A DNA stretch of 64,000 bases. Source: an uncultured Eubacteriales bacterium (GTDB lineage Bacteria; Bacillota; Clostridia; Christensenellales; CAG-917). Each line of letters opens with the position of its first letter. Positions within the stretch are counted from its first letter, which is position 1. The stretch is taken from NCBI GenBank assembly GCA_900548005.1, contig URIZ01000006.1, positions 7,816 through 71,815 of the forward strand, read 5' to 3'. Of this stretch, positions 29,431 through 38,089 are shown in pieces. A program made the position numbers and the translations under genes. Under the pieces are notes generated by a model. It did no database searches, had not been told where the DNA came from, and saw only the letters and a list, made by a program, of their open reading frames with translations.

Positions 29431-29673
29431 ATGAGAATAGACAAATTTTTGAAAGTATCAAGAGTTATCAAAAGGCGCACCGTGGCGCAAGAAGCGTGTG
29501 ACGGCGGTCGCATAGAGGTCAACGGAAAAGTGGTCAAACCTGCAAAGGAAGTCAAAGTCGGCGACGTCGTGACAGTCACTTTCGGCAACAACTCGATGTC
29601 CTTTGAAGTGCTGTCCACCGATGAGCGTCAGACCAAGCAAAGCGCGGAAACGATGTATCGCATTTTGCCGTAA
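29431..29673 (+). CDS. S4-domain RNA-binding protein (Hsp15/YabO/RqcP-like)
   Basis: 80-aa ORF. MRIDKFLKVSRVIKRRTVA... closely parallels the YabO/RqcP N-terminus as I remember it. Confidence 0.85.
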   Translation: MRIDKFLKVSRVIKRRTVAQEACDGGRIEVNGKVVKPAKEVKVGDVVTVTFGNNSMSFEVLSTDERQTKQSAETMYRILP

Positions 29674-29754
29674 ACGGCGTTTTATCGTTCGTTTTGAGCG
29701 AGTAAAACGTATGTTTTTGCACTTTGTCGCAAAAACTCAATCACAAGGAGAGTT

Positions 29755-30864
29755 ATGAAAATCAATGTCGTTATCACCGCAGGCGGCACGAGCCAACGCT
29801 ATGGAGTGGACAACAAATTGCTTGCTCCGTGCAACGATTCGTGCGTGCTTGTCGAAGCAATCAAACCCTTTTTGACAACGGACGGAGTGAGCAAAATCAT
29901 CGTTGCGATACACCCCTCTTTCAGTGACGAATTTCTCAATGCGCTTGACAACGCGCGAATAGAAGACACCCGCATAATACTCACAAACGGCGGACTTACT
30001 CGCACTCAAACCGTGAAAAACGGACTTCGTGCAATCGATGACGATTGCGATTACGTCATCATTCATGACGGCGCGCGCCCCTACGTCACCAACGCGCTCA
30101 TAGACAGCGTTGTCGCAGGCGCGGCGGAAAAAGGCGTGGCGCTGCCGCTCCTTCCGCTCACCGACTCGCTTGTGTGCGTCAAGTTCGGAGTTGATCCCGT
30201 CAACAGAGCCGACTATCGCAGAGTGCAGACTCCCCTATGCGCAAGAAAGGATATCGTCATCGCCGCATACTCAAAGTGTGACGGCGAATATCTTGACGAC
30301 ATTGCGGTGATACAAAAGCACTGCCCTTGCGACGTGAGAATGATAGAAGGCGATCCCAAAAACGTCAAAATCACCACAAAAGACGACTTGAAAACGCCAC
30401 TTTCGGGCATCGGATACGACATACACCGCTTCAAAAAAGGGACGGGCATAAAGCTGATGGCAACGCTCATCCCCTGCGAATTTGCATTTGTGGCGCACAG
30501 TGACGGGGACGTTGCAATACACGCGCTTATGGACGCGATACTCTCTGCAATGGGCGAAAAGGACATCGGGCATCTCTTCCCCGTGGACGATGCAAGATAT
30601 GACGACGCCGACAGCAAAGACCTTCTCGAAGTGGTGCTTGACAAGGTGCAAAAGAAGGGATTGCGCCTTCAAAACGTGACGGTTGCCATAATTGCGGAAC
30701 GCCCGATGCTTGCGCCGTACATTGACGCTATGCGCAACAACATGTCCGCGATTTTGCATATTCCGTGCGAGAAAATCGGCATAACTGCCACCACCAACGA
30801 GCAAGTGGGTGACCTTGGCGATTCAAAATCCATAGCCGCATTTGCCACTGCGCTTTTGGCGTAA
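29755..30864 (+). CDS. ispDF: Bifunctional IspD/IspF (MEP cytidylyltransferase + MEcPP synthase)
   Basis: 369-aa ORF with SD AAGGAGAG. The N-terminal half starts VVITAGGTSQR (IspD). The C-terminal half has GIGYDIHRF...HSDGDVAIHAL (IspF). Confidence 0.9.
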   Translation: MKINVVITAGGTSQRYGVDNKLLAPCNDSCVLVEAIKPFLTTDGVSKIIVAIHPSFSDEFLNALDNARIEDTRIILTNGGLTRTQTVKNGLRAIDDDCDYVIIHDGARPYVTNALIDSVVAGAAEKGVALPLLPLTDSLVCVKFGVDPVNRADYRRVQTPLCARKDIVIAAYSKCDGEYLDDIAVIQKHCPCDVRMIEGDPKNVKITTKDDLKTPLSGIGYDIHRFKKGTGIKLMATLIPCEFAFVAHSDGDVAIHALMDAILSAMGEKDIGHLFPVDDARYDDADSKDLLEVVLDKVQKKGLRLQNVTVAIIAERPMLAPYIDAMRNNMSAILHIPCEKIGITATTNEQVGDLGDSKSIAAFATALLA

Positions 30865-31014
30865 AAAAGCGAATTTATCTCAAAAATCAGCCAAAATCGA
30901 GCGTTTTTTGAAAAATGCAACCGATAGTTGCGCATTTGACAATCAAAATCGGTGGCGCAACCGAGCTCCCATTTGCGACAATGTAGGCACAAAAAACACA
31001 AGGCAGGTCACATT

Positions 31015-31917
31015 ATGGACATCACAACCGCAAACAGATTGTACGAACTGAGAAAACAACACGGATACTCGCAAGACGAGCTTGCCGAGATGCTCAACGT
31101 GTCCCGTCAAGCCGTATCCAAGTGGGAACGCTCCGAAAGCTCCCCCGACACCGACAATCTCATCGCACTGGCGAAATTGTACGGAATAAGCCTTGACAAC
31201 CTTCTCGGCTACACCCCGCAAACGAGCGAGGCATGCGACAATAAAGGCGAAACGGCAGACGGCGCAGACAATGAAACAGACGACGATTCAACCGTAAGCG
31301 TTGAAAGCGACGGCGACAAAGTACATATCGACGAAGACGGCATCTACATCGAAGACAAAAACGGCGAGAAGGTCACCATCAAAGGCGGCATTGCAAAATT
31401 TGTCAACAAAGTTGTCGGAAGCGTGCATATTGACGGCAAAAAAACAACCGTAACCGACAAAGAAGCGCATTGCGACAAAGATGCTCCGCGCGTAGAAATC
31501 GCAGACGGCAAAATCGTGGTCAGCGAAAAAGACAAGGCTGCGCGCATAATCAACGACTGCGTATGGGGCGTATCCTTCCTCCTTTCAACGATTGCATATC
31601 TTCTCATCGGATTCCTTTGCAATTTGTGGCACCCCGGCTGGATTCTCTTCTTCGCCCCCTTCGTTCTCGGCGGAATTTCAAACACGATAACCCACCGCAA
31701 TGCAAGCGAATTTCCGATAGTGTTTCTCGCTCTCGCCGCGTATTTGCTCATGGGCTTTCTTGCAAACCTGTGGCATCCGGGCTGGGTGATTTTCATTCTC
31801 ATCCCCGCATATTACATCGTGGTCGAGCCGATAAAGAAAGCGGTCAAATCCAATCACAAAATCGAAGTTACGCTTTCAAACGACAATAGCGACAGTGATG
31901 AAGACAACGAAGACTAA
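31015..31917 (+). CDS. XRE-family HTH protein with C-terminal transmembrane region
   Basis: Start moved to ATG 31015 (MDITTANRLYELRKQHGYSQDELAEMLNVSRQAVSKWE). Hydrophobic repeats follow downstream (LIGFLCNLWHPGW / LMGFLANLWHPGW). Confidence 0.8.
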   Translation: MDITTANRLYELRKQHGYSQDELAEMLNVSRQAVSKWERSESSPDTDNLIALAKLYGISLDNLLGYTPQTSEACDNKGETADGADNETDDDSTVSVESDGDKVHIDEDGIYIEDKNGEKVTIKGGIAKFVNKVVGSVHIDGKKTTVTDKEAHCDKDAPRVEIADGKIVVSEKDKAARIINDCVWGVSFLLSTIAYLLIGFLCNLWHPGWILFFAPFVLGGISNTITHRNASEFPIVFLALAAYLLMGFLANLWHPGWVIFILIPAYYIVVEPIKKAVKSNHKIEVTLSNDNSDSDEDNED

Positions 31918-31989
31918 TCAAGTTTTTCAGCCAAAGGCACGGAGCAAATTCCGTGTCTTTTAATATTGCATAAAGTCTATACAAAACTG

Positions 31990-32018
31990 TTGACTTATGC
32001 ATAAAATGTCCGTATAAT
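31990..32018 (+). promoter_or_regulatory. Candidate sigma-70 promoter of the MATE transporter gene
   Basis: TTGACT, 17 nt, TATAAT. This leaves a leader of about 105 nt. Confidence 0.5.
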
Positions 32019-32128
32019 CGTATTGAAAAATACAAATATAAGATAAACTCATCGCCGGGTGAGAGTGTCGGTTTGCGTCGATAGGCCTTTTGAAGATGCA
32101 AACAAGACGCCTTTTTTATTGGAGAAAC

Positions 32129-33484
32129 ATGAAGAACAAGCAACCAAACGCAACGTTGAAAGAATTTGCAAAATACGTATCGGCAAACGTCATTGCCATG
32201 ATAGGTATCTCTTGCTACATTCTCGCAGACACCCTGTTTATCTCTCTCGACATGGGGGACACGGGGCTTGCCGCGCTCAACTTCTCTTCTCCGACGTTCT
32301 CGCTCGTATTCTCGCTGGGTATGCTTTTCGGCGTGGGCGGCGCGACCAAATTTGCCATACACAAGGGCGCAAAAGACACCGACAAGGGCAACAAAGTCTT
32401 CACCCACACCGTCATTATCGTGGGCGTGATTTCCTTGATATTCGTGCTTATCGGCGCGTTTTTGAACGGACAAGTGGCAAGCCTTCTCGGCGCAAGCGGC
32501 GACACCTACGAGCTTAGCAAGATCTACGTGCAGATCATCCTTTGCTTTGCGCCGTTCTTTATGTACAGCAACGTTTTTCAAAACTTCGTGCGCAACGACG
32601 GCGGCCCCAGACTTGCCATGATCGCAACGCTGTCGGGCAACCTGTTCAACATCGTTTTTGACTACGTGCTTATCTTCCCTGCAAAACTCGGCATGCTCGG
32701 CGCGGCTCTTGCAACGGGCTTTTCGCCTATCGTGAGCATACTCATTCTCTCCCTTTTCGTGATAAGGAAGAAAAACACCTTCAAGCTAGCAAAGACTCGA
32801 TTCAGTTTCCGCACGCTCGGCGACATCGCAAGGCTGGGGCTTGCCTCCTTCATTGCAGAGCTGTCCTTTGGCGTGGTGCTGCTCATCTTCAACAAACTTT
32901 TCGACTCTATCGGCGGCACGATCGCAGTTGCGGCATACGGCATCATCGTCAACGTCTATTACGTCACAAACGCGATCTTCAACGGCATATCGTCGGGCAC
33001 GCAACCCATGATCAGTTTCAGCTACGGCGAGAGCGACCACAAAAAAATCCGCAAAGTGCTGAAATACGCGCTTGTCACCACGGCTTGCACGGCGGTGATA
33101 ATCTACGTCGCGCTGTTCTTCGGCGCGGGCGGCATTGCGCAAATTTTCAACAAAAAGGGTGCGCCCGAAGTGCAAAACATCGCAACGCTCGGCATACGTC
33201 TATATTTCATATCCGTGCTGTTTTCGGGCTTCAACTTGCTCTTCTCGTGCTATTTTGCAGCGTCCAACAAGGGCTTGTATGCGCAAATCGTCACCCTTAT
33301 GCGCGGCATAATCACAATCATTCCCCTTGCGTTTATATTTGCAAATCTTTGGAACATGACGGGGCTTTGGCTTGCAACTCCTGCGGCCGAGCTCATCACG
33401 CTTGCCGTCACGCTCACAATCTTCTTCGTCAACAAAAAAAAGAACTCCGTCCCCACCCAAGCTCAGCTCTACGTCAAAGAATAA
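32129..33484 (+). CDS. MATE-family efflux transporter
   Basis: Start moved to ATG 32129 (GGAGAAAC upstream). A 12-TM-like pattern and a typical MATE N-terminus (FAKYVSANVIAMIGISCYILADTLFIS) are present. Confidence 0.85.
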   Translation: MKNKQPNATLKEFAKYVSANVIAMIGISCYILADTLFISLDMGDTGLAALNFSSPTFSLVFSLGMLFGVGGATKFAIHKGAKDTDKGNKVFTHTVIIVGVISLIFVLIGAFLNGQVASLLGASGDTYELSKIYVQIILCFAPFFMYSNVFQNFVRNDGGPRLAMIATLSGNLFNIVFDYVLIFPAKLGMLGAALATGFSPIVSILILSLFVIRKKNTFKLAKTRFSFRTLGDIARLGLASFIAELSFGVVLLIFNKLFDSIGGTIAVAAYGIIVNVYYVTNAIFNGISSGTQPMISFSYGESDHKKIRKVLKYALVTTACTAVIIYVALFFGAGGIAQIFNKKGAPEVQNIATLGIRLYFISVLFSGFNLLFSCYFAASNKGLYAQIVTLMRGIITIIPLAFIFANLWNMTGLWLATPAAELITLAVTLTIFFVNKKKNSVPTQAQLYVKE

Positions 33485-33522
33485 CGGCACGAAAAGCTCA
33501 ATCGCAAATCGTATAAAACCAC

Positions 33523-33548
33523 AAAAGCACCGACAACTCGGTGCTTTT
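33523..33548. terminator. Bidirectional terminator between MATE and cysK
   Basis: AAAAGCACCGA-CAAC-TCGGTGCTTTT. Confidence 0.65.
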
Positions 33549-33683
33549 CAAATTCATTTCAATTCTCATATCGGTTGCAAAACTCATATCGTTGTTCTTC
33601 ATTGCAACCGTTTTACGTCATCTTGCGGCGTTTTCAACGTCATCTAATAAGACGAAATTGCTTTGCATTGTTTGCTCGACAAG

Positions 33684-34613
33684 TCATTCAAACAATGTCG
33701 TTGACAAATATCTGTCCCCCGTGTCGGGGAAAAGAACGACTATGTTTTTCCCTGCGTACTCGGAGCGTTTTGCAATTTGCATCGCGCCGAAAAGTGCCGC
33801 GCCCGACGATATACCCACAAGCACGCCTTCGCTCTTTCCCGCTTCTCTTGCGGCGGCAAAAGCGTCTTCGTCACTGACGGCAATCACTTCGTCATACACG
33901 CTTGTGTCAAGCACTTTCGGCACAAAGCCTGCGCCTATGCCCTGAATTTTGTGCGCGCCGCTCTCGCCCTTTGACAAAACGGGTGAAGACAGCGGCTCAA
34001 CGGCAACGATTTTGACATCGGGATTTTTCTCTTTGAGATAGCGTCCCACACCGCTTATCGTTCCGCCCGTGCCCACGCCTGCCACAAAAACGTCCACTTT
34101 GCCGTCCATATCGCACCAAATTTCGGGCGCGGTGGTGTCATAGTGCGCTTTGGGATTTGCAGGATTGACAAACTGCCCTGCAAGGATACTTCCTTCAATT
34201 TGCTCGTGCAGCTCGTTCGCCTTGTCGATTGCGCCTTGCATGCCTTTTGCACCGTCCGTAAGCACAAGGCTCGCGCCGTATGCAAGCATGAGTTTTCTGC
34301 GTTCGACAGACATTGTTTCGGGCATGACGATGACCACTTTGTATCCGCGCGCGCATCCGACGCACGCAAGACCTATGCCGGTGTTGCCCGAAGTCGCCTC
34401 GATTATGGTTGCACCACTTTTGAGCAAGCCTTTGCTTTCGGCATCGTCGATGATTGCCCTTGCAACTCTGTCTTTCACAGAGCCTGCCGGGTTGAAATAC
34501 TCGAGCTTTGCAAACACTTTTGCTTGCAGTCCGTGCGCCTGTTCTATGTGCGACAACTGCATGATCGGCGTGTTGCCGACAAGCTCGTCAACGGACTTGA
34601 ACACTCTTGACAT
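33684..34613 (-). CDS. cysK: Cysteine synthase A (O-acetylserine sulfhydrylase)
   Basis: Start moved to ATG 34611-34613 (AGGAG upstream). NPAGSVKDRVA PLP-lysine motif and the GTGGTISG loop are present. Confidence 0.92.
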   Translation of the reverse strand: MSRVFKSVDELVGNTPIMQLSHIEQAHGLQAKVFAKLEYFNPAGSVKDRVARAIIDDAESKGLLKSGATIIEATSGNTGIGLACVGCARGYKVVIVMPETMSVERRKLMLAYGASLVLTDGAKGMQGAIDKANELHEQIEGSILAGQFVNPANPKAHYDTTAPEIWCDMDGKVDVFVAGVGTGGTISGVGRYLKEKNPDVKIVAVEPLSSPVLSKGESGAHKIQGIGAGFVPKVLDTSVYDEVIAVSDEDAFAAAREAGKSEGVLVGISSGAALFGAMQIAKRSEYAGKNIVVLFPDTGDRYLSTTLFE

Positions 34614-34719
34614 AAGCACTCCTTTCGGCACAAATCGCCGCTTGTTTTTATATCGCCATTTTGCACAATCGCAAGATAAAGCAATCGTTTTGGCTCAATA
34701 AAACTCGTTTTTGTGCAAA

Positions 34720-35340
34720 TCAACCTATTTCTCTGACATACTCGTCCGAGTATTTGCGGGAGTACGGCACGGGGTTTATGCGCTTGAACACCGCAAATGT
34801 GACAAACGAGCAGAGCACGCACCACGTTGCGTCCGTGGGCAAGAACACAGCGCATCCCACCATCCACGCTTTTGCCATGGACATGGGCGAGCCGACGTAG
34901 AAGTTGAGCATGAGATACATGTACATCACACCCACCGTGTAGCATATCGCAAGCGCGCTGAATGCGCCTGCAAGCATACGCCAAATGTTGGGACGAGCGG
35001 AGTTTTTGAAGCCCCTTGCGATGTATCCGCACACCGGCGCGCCGATCAAAAAGCCGAGAATATAACCGAACGTGGGTTTTAGCACATAGTATATTCCGCC
35101 GCCTGCCGTGAACACGGGCAAGCCTGCAAGCCCCATAATAATGTATATCAGAATGCAAAAAAATGCGTCCGTTCCGCCAAGCATAAGCCCCGCAAACATA
35201 CAAAAGGCAAACTGCATGGACACCGGCACTATGCCGATGGGAAACTTGACGAACGCGCCCACAATAACCAGCGCAAGAAATATTGCGATTCTGACGAGCC
35301 TAACCGTTCTCGACAAAGCTTTTGATGAAGTTTTCAACAT
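34720..35340 (-). CDS. bioY: Biotin transporter BioY
   Basis: Start moved to ATG 35338-35340, overlapping the birA stop. BioY-like TM pattern (GLMLGGTDAFFCILIYIIMGLAGLPVFTAGGG). Confidence 0.85.
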   Translation of the reverse strand: MLKTSSKALSRTVRLVRIAIFLALVIVGAFVKFPIGIVPVSMQFAFCMFAGLMLGGTDAFFCILIYIIMGLAGLPVFTAGGGIYYVLKPTFGYILGFLIGAPVCGYIARGFKNSARPNIWRMLAGAFSALAICYTVGVMYMYLMLNFYVGSPMSMAKAWMVGCAVFLPTDATWCVLCSFVTFAVFKRINPVPYSRKYSDEYVREIG

Positions 35341-36104
35341 AGTATTTTCACTTCTCCGATGCGTAAATTCTCTATTTTCCCGTCCCCGTATCTCACGATA
35401 AGTCCGCAATCTTCGTCAATGCCGACAGCCTCTGCCGCGATCTCGGATTGCTCGTCCTTGCACACGTCGATTTGCTTGCCGACGAGCATGGACAATCTCC
35501 TATATTTTGCGGCGACGTATTCTTTGTCAAAATCGTCAATCAGCGCGCGTATGTCGTTGACGATTGCCGCCACGATCAAGTTTGCGGCATTGTCCACACC
35601 GTCCGCCACGGCGCAAGCCTTGTGCTTGATTTCTTCATCGAAACCGCCATCTTTTTCATACAAATTGACGCCGATGCCCAAGACCACTTTGTCTATCTCG
35701 CCGTTTTTTGAAGTGGCTTCGCACAAAATGCCCGCGCACTTTTTGCCGTCCACGTAAACGTCGTTCACCCACTTGACAAGCGCGTTTTTGCCACAAATCG
35801 AGCGCACCGCATCGGCTGTCGCTATCGCGCAAATCGGAGTGTAAAAAGCAATCTCTTCCTGCGTTTTGGGTGTGATAACAAGCGAGAAATACACGCCTGC
35901 GTCCTTTGGAGAATAGAACTTGCGCTCAAATCTTCCGCGTCCTGCCGTTTGCTCTCTTGCCACGATCAAAAAATCACCCTTTTCGCCGCCTTTGAGCATG
36001 GCTTTTGCGCGCGTGTTGGTGGAGTCGAGCGAGTCGAAAACAAGCACTTTCAAAGGCTTTTCAAGGCGTTTTTCAATTTCAAATCTATTTGCGGGCTGTT
36101 TCAT
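35334..36104 (-). CDS. birA: Biotin--[acetyl-CoA-carboxylase] ligase (no N-terminal HTH)
   Basis: Start moved to ATG 36102-36104 (MKQPANRFEI...). The QTAGRGRFERKF biotin-binding loop is present. Confidence 0.85.
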   Translation of the reverse strand: MKQPANRFEIEKRLEKPLKVLVFDSLDSTNTRAKAMLKGGEKGDFLIVAREQTAGRGRFERKFYSPKDAGVYFSLVITPKTQEEIAFYTPICAIATADAVRSICGKNALVKWVNDVYVDGKKCAGILCEATSKNGEIDKVVLGIGVNLYEKDGGFDEEIKHKACAVADGVDNAANLIVAAIVNDIRALIDDFDKEYVAAKYRRLSMLVGKQIDVCKDEQSEIAAEAVGIDEDCGLIVRYGDGKIENLRIGEVKILC

Positions 36105-36209
36105 TGCAAAAATTATAACATCTTTCTTGAAAAAAGTCACAAAATCGCACAAAATGCTCAACAAAAAAACGCCCGATTGCCGAGCGTAATTTTTATCGTT
36201 TTTCTCTTG

Positions 36210-37082
36210 TCAGAAAGCAAACACAAACACCATAGAACATACGATGCCCACAAGCATGCTCACCGCCGGCACTCTGCCTTCTTCCATAAGTATGGATTGC
36301 GGCAAAATCTCGCAGAAAGTGACGTAGAGCATCGCGCCGCCCGCAAGTCCCATGCAAATGCCGCTTGCAAGCTGACTTATGCCACCCACCGCCAAGCCTA
36401 TGAGCGCACCGACAACGGTTGCCGCGCCTGCAAGAGCCGTGAGCAAAATTGTCTTCCACCCCTTCACGCCGCCGCTTGCGAGCGGAGCGGAAATCGCCAT
36501 GCCTTCAGGGATGTTGTGCACTGCAATGATGATTGCAACCAAAATGCCCGTCTGCGAGTTCGACGCACCCGACGCGCCGATTGCCATGCCTTCTGGAAGG
36601 TTGTGAAACGCGATTGCAAGCAACATAATAAGCCCTGCTTTGAGCAGCGACTTCTTGTCCACCGCCTGCACCGCCGCCGTATTGCCGCATGCGTTGGCTT
36701 CCATAAGGGCGTCGTTTGCCTCGATGACCTTTGTCTCGTGGTGCAACTCTTCTATGCTCTTGTGCGTGCCTCGCATATTCTCGATGACGTCAAGCATTTT
36801 GTTCAAGCCGAAAATGATGAGCATACCCACAACAAGCGCAGATACTGCAATCAGTATGCCCGACTGCTCTATGGAGTTTTCTATCTTTGAATACTCCACG
36901 GCCTCGGGCAGCATCTCGAAAGTGACGACACCCACCATCACGCCGCCTGCAAAGCTGAGCACTCTGCCCATCACTTTGTTGCCCTTGTTTTTGAGCAACA
37001 CGCCTATAATGCCGCCAAGCCCCGTGCCGACTATACCGGCAACAAGTGACAGCACCAAAATCAGAATTTGTTGTTTATCCAT
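36210..37082 (-). CDS. ZIP-family divalent metal transporter (ZupT-like)
   Basis: 290-aa ORF. The repeated HN(L/I)PEGMAI motifs are typical of ZIP transporters. Confidence 0.85.
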   Translation of the reverse strand: MDKQQILILVLSLVAGIVGTGLGGIIGVLLKNKGNKVMGRVLSFAGGVMVGVVTFEMLPEAVEYSKIENSIEQSGILIAVSALVVGMLIIFGLNKMLDVIENMRGTHKSIEELHHETKVIEANDALMEANACGNTAAVQAVDKKSLLKAGLIMLLAIAFHNLPEGMAIGASGASNSQTGILVAIIIAVHNIPEGMAISAPLASGGVKGWKTILLTALAGAATVVGALIGLAVGGISQLASGICMGLAGGAMLYVTFCEILPQSILMEEGRVPAVSMLVGIVCSMVFVFAF

Positions 37083-37196
37083 ATATTTCTCTCTCGGCGA
37101 TATTATACATTGTCCGATGCGAATTTATCAATCTTTTTGACGGAATTTTTCGGCGAAATTTGATTTATTTTTCACATTTTCTCGCATACTATACCT

Positions 37197-38039
37197 ATGA
37201 AAGCAACAAACCATATATGCATATGCGCGCAAGCGTTTTTGGCGGCGATATTTGCTGTTTGCTTGATGTTTCTATCCTCTCCGATAGGCGTTGTCGCGGC
37301 TGCAAATTCTATGCCCGACACCTGCCCCACGCAAGAGAAGGAGCAATACAAGATGATAGCCTGCTTTTCCACCTACTACGGCGACAGCTCGCAAACTAGA
37401 AAACACAACATCGCGCTTGCAAGCCGCAAAATCGACGGCGCGGTGCTGTATCCCGAAGACGAGTTTTCCTTCAACGACACCGTAGGCGCAAGGACGATCG
37501 AGAGCGGATTTCAATCCGCGTATATCATTCAAAACGGCGAGTTTGTGGAAGGCGTGGGCGGCGGTGTATGCCAAGTGTCGAGCACCCTTTACAACTGCGC
37601 TTTGCTTGCCGACCTTGCAATCACCTGCGTGAGAGCGCACTCTCTAAAAGTGAGCTACGTTGCGGCAAGTTTCGACGCAATGGTGTCGTCAACAAGCGAT
37701 TTGCGCTTTGTCAACGTGTCGTCTTCGCCCATAACAATCAAAATGAAAGCGGACGGCAAATATCTGCGCGCCGAGATGTACGGCGTTGACAAAAAGACAA
37801 TAAAACGCCGCTCGCAAACCATCGAAAATCTGCCCTTTGAAATCGAGTATCGCGACGATCCCGACATCGAGCAGGGCAAGCAAGTCATAGACGTTTACGG
37901 AAAAGAAGGACTGCGCTCGCAAGGTTTTTTGGAATACTACGACAACGGCAAGCTCACAAAAACCGTTCTCATACGCCAAGACACGTATTCGCCTCAAAAA
38001 CGCATTGTTTTGCGCGGAGTGAAATCACCATTGACATAA
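37197..38039 (+). CDS. VanW-family protein
   Basis: 280-aa ORF with an N-terminal signal/anchor. EFSFNDTVGART...GGGVCQVSSTLYN is a VanW-domain pattern. Confidence 0.8.
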   Translation: MKATNHICICAQAFLAAIFAVCLMFLSSPIGVVAAANSMPDTCPTQEKEQYKMIACFSTYYGDSSQTRKHNIALASRKIDGAVLYPEDEFSFNDTVGARTIESGFQSAYIIQNGEFVEGVGGGVCQVSSTLYNCALLADLAITCVRAHSLKVSYVAASFDAMVSSTSDLRFVNVSSSPITIKMKADGKYLRAEMYGVDKKTIKRRSQTIENLPFEIEYRDDPDIEQGKQVIDVYGKEGLRSQGFLEYYDNGKLTKTVLIRQDTYSPQKRIVLRGVKSPLT

Positions 38040-38089
38040 AGGCTCGTTTGGCGGTATAATTTATACAATATCTCAACAGGAGTATTGTT

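Noticed and set aside
32019-32128. The ~105-nt leader between the consensus promoter and the MATE transporter start considered as a possible riboswitch. It contains GCGTC...GACGC followed by CTTTTTTATT.
   Set aside because: I could not match it to any riboswitch consensus I know (guanidine/ykkC, PRPP, and others). The terminator-like stem is only 5 bp. It is worth a cmscan but is not a supportable call.
34614-34719. Search for T-box, S-box or other leaders upstream of cysK, and of metK at 21232. Also a general scan for rRNA genes, transposases and integrases.
   Set aside because: The cysK upstream gap is about 100 nt and has no T-box or S-box hallmark strings that I could see. metK has no leader at all. 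No rRNA-like, transposase or integrase sequences were found in the window.
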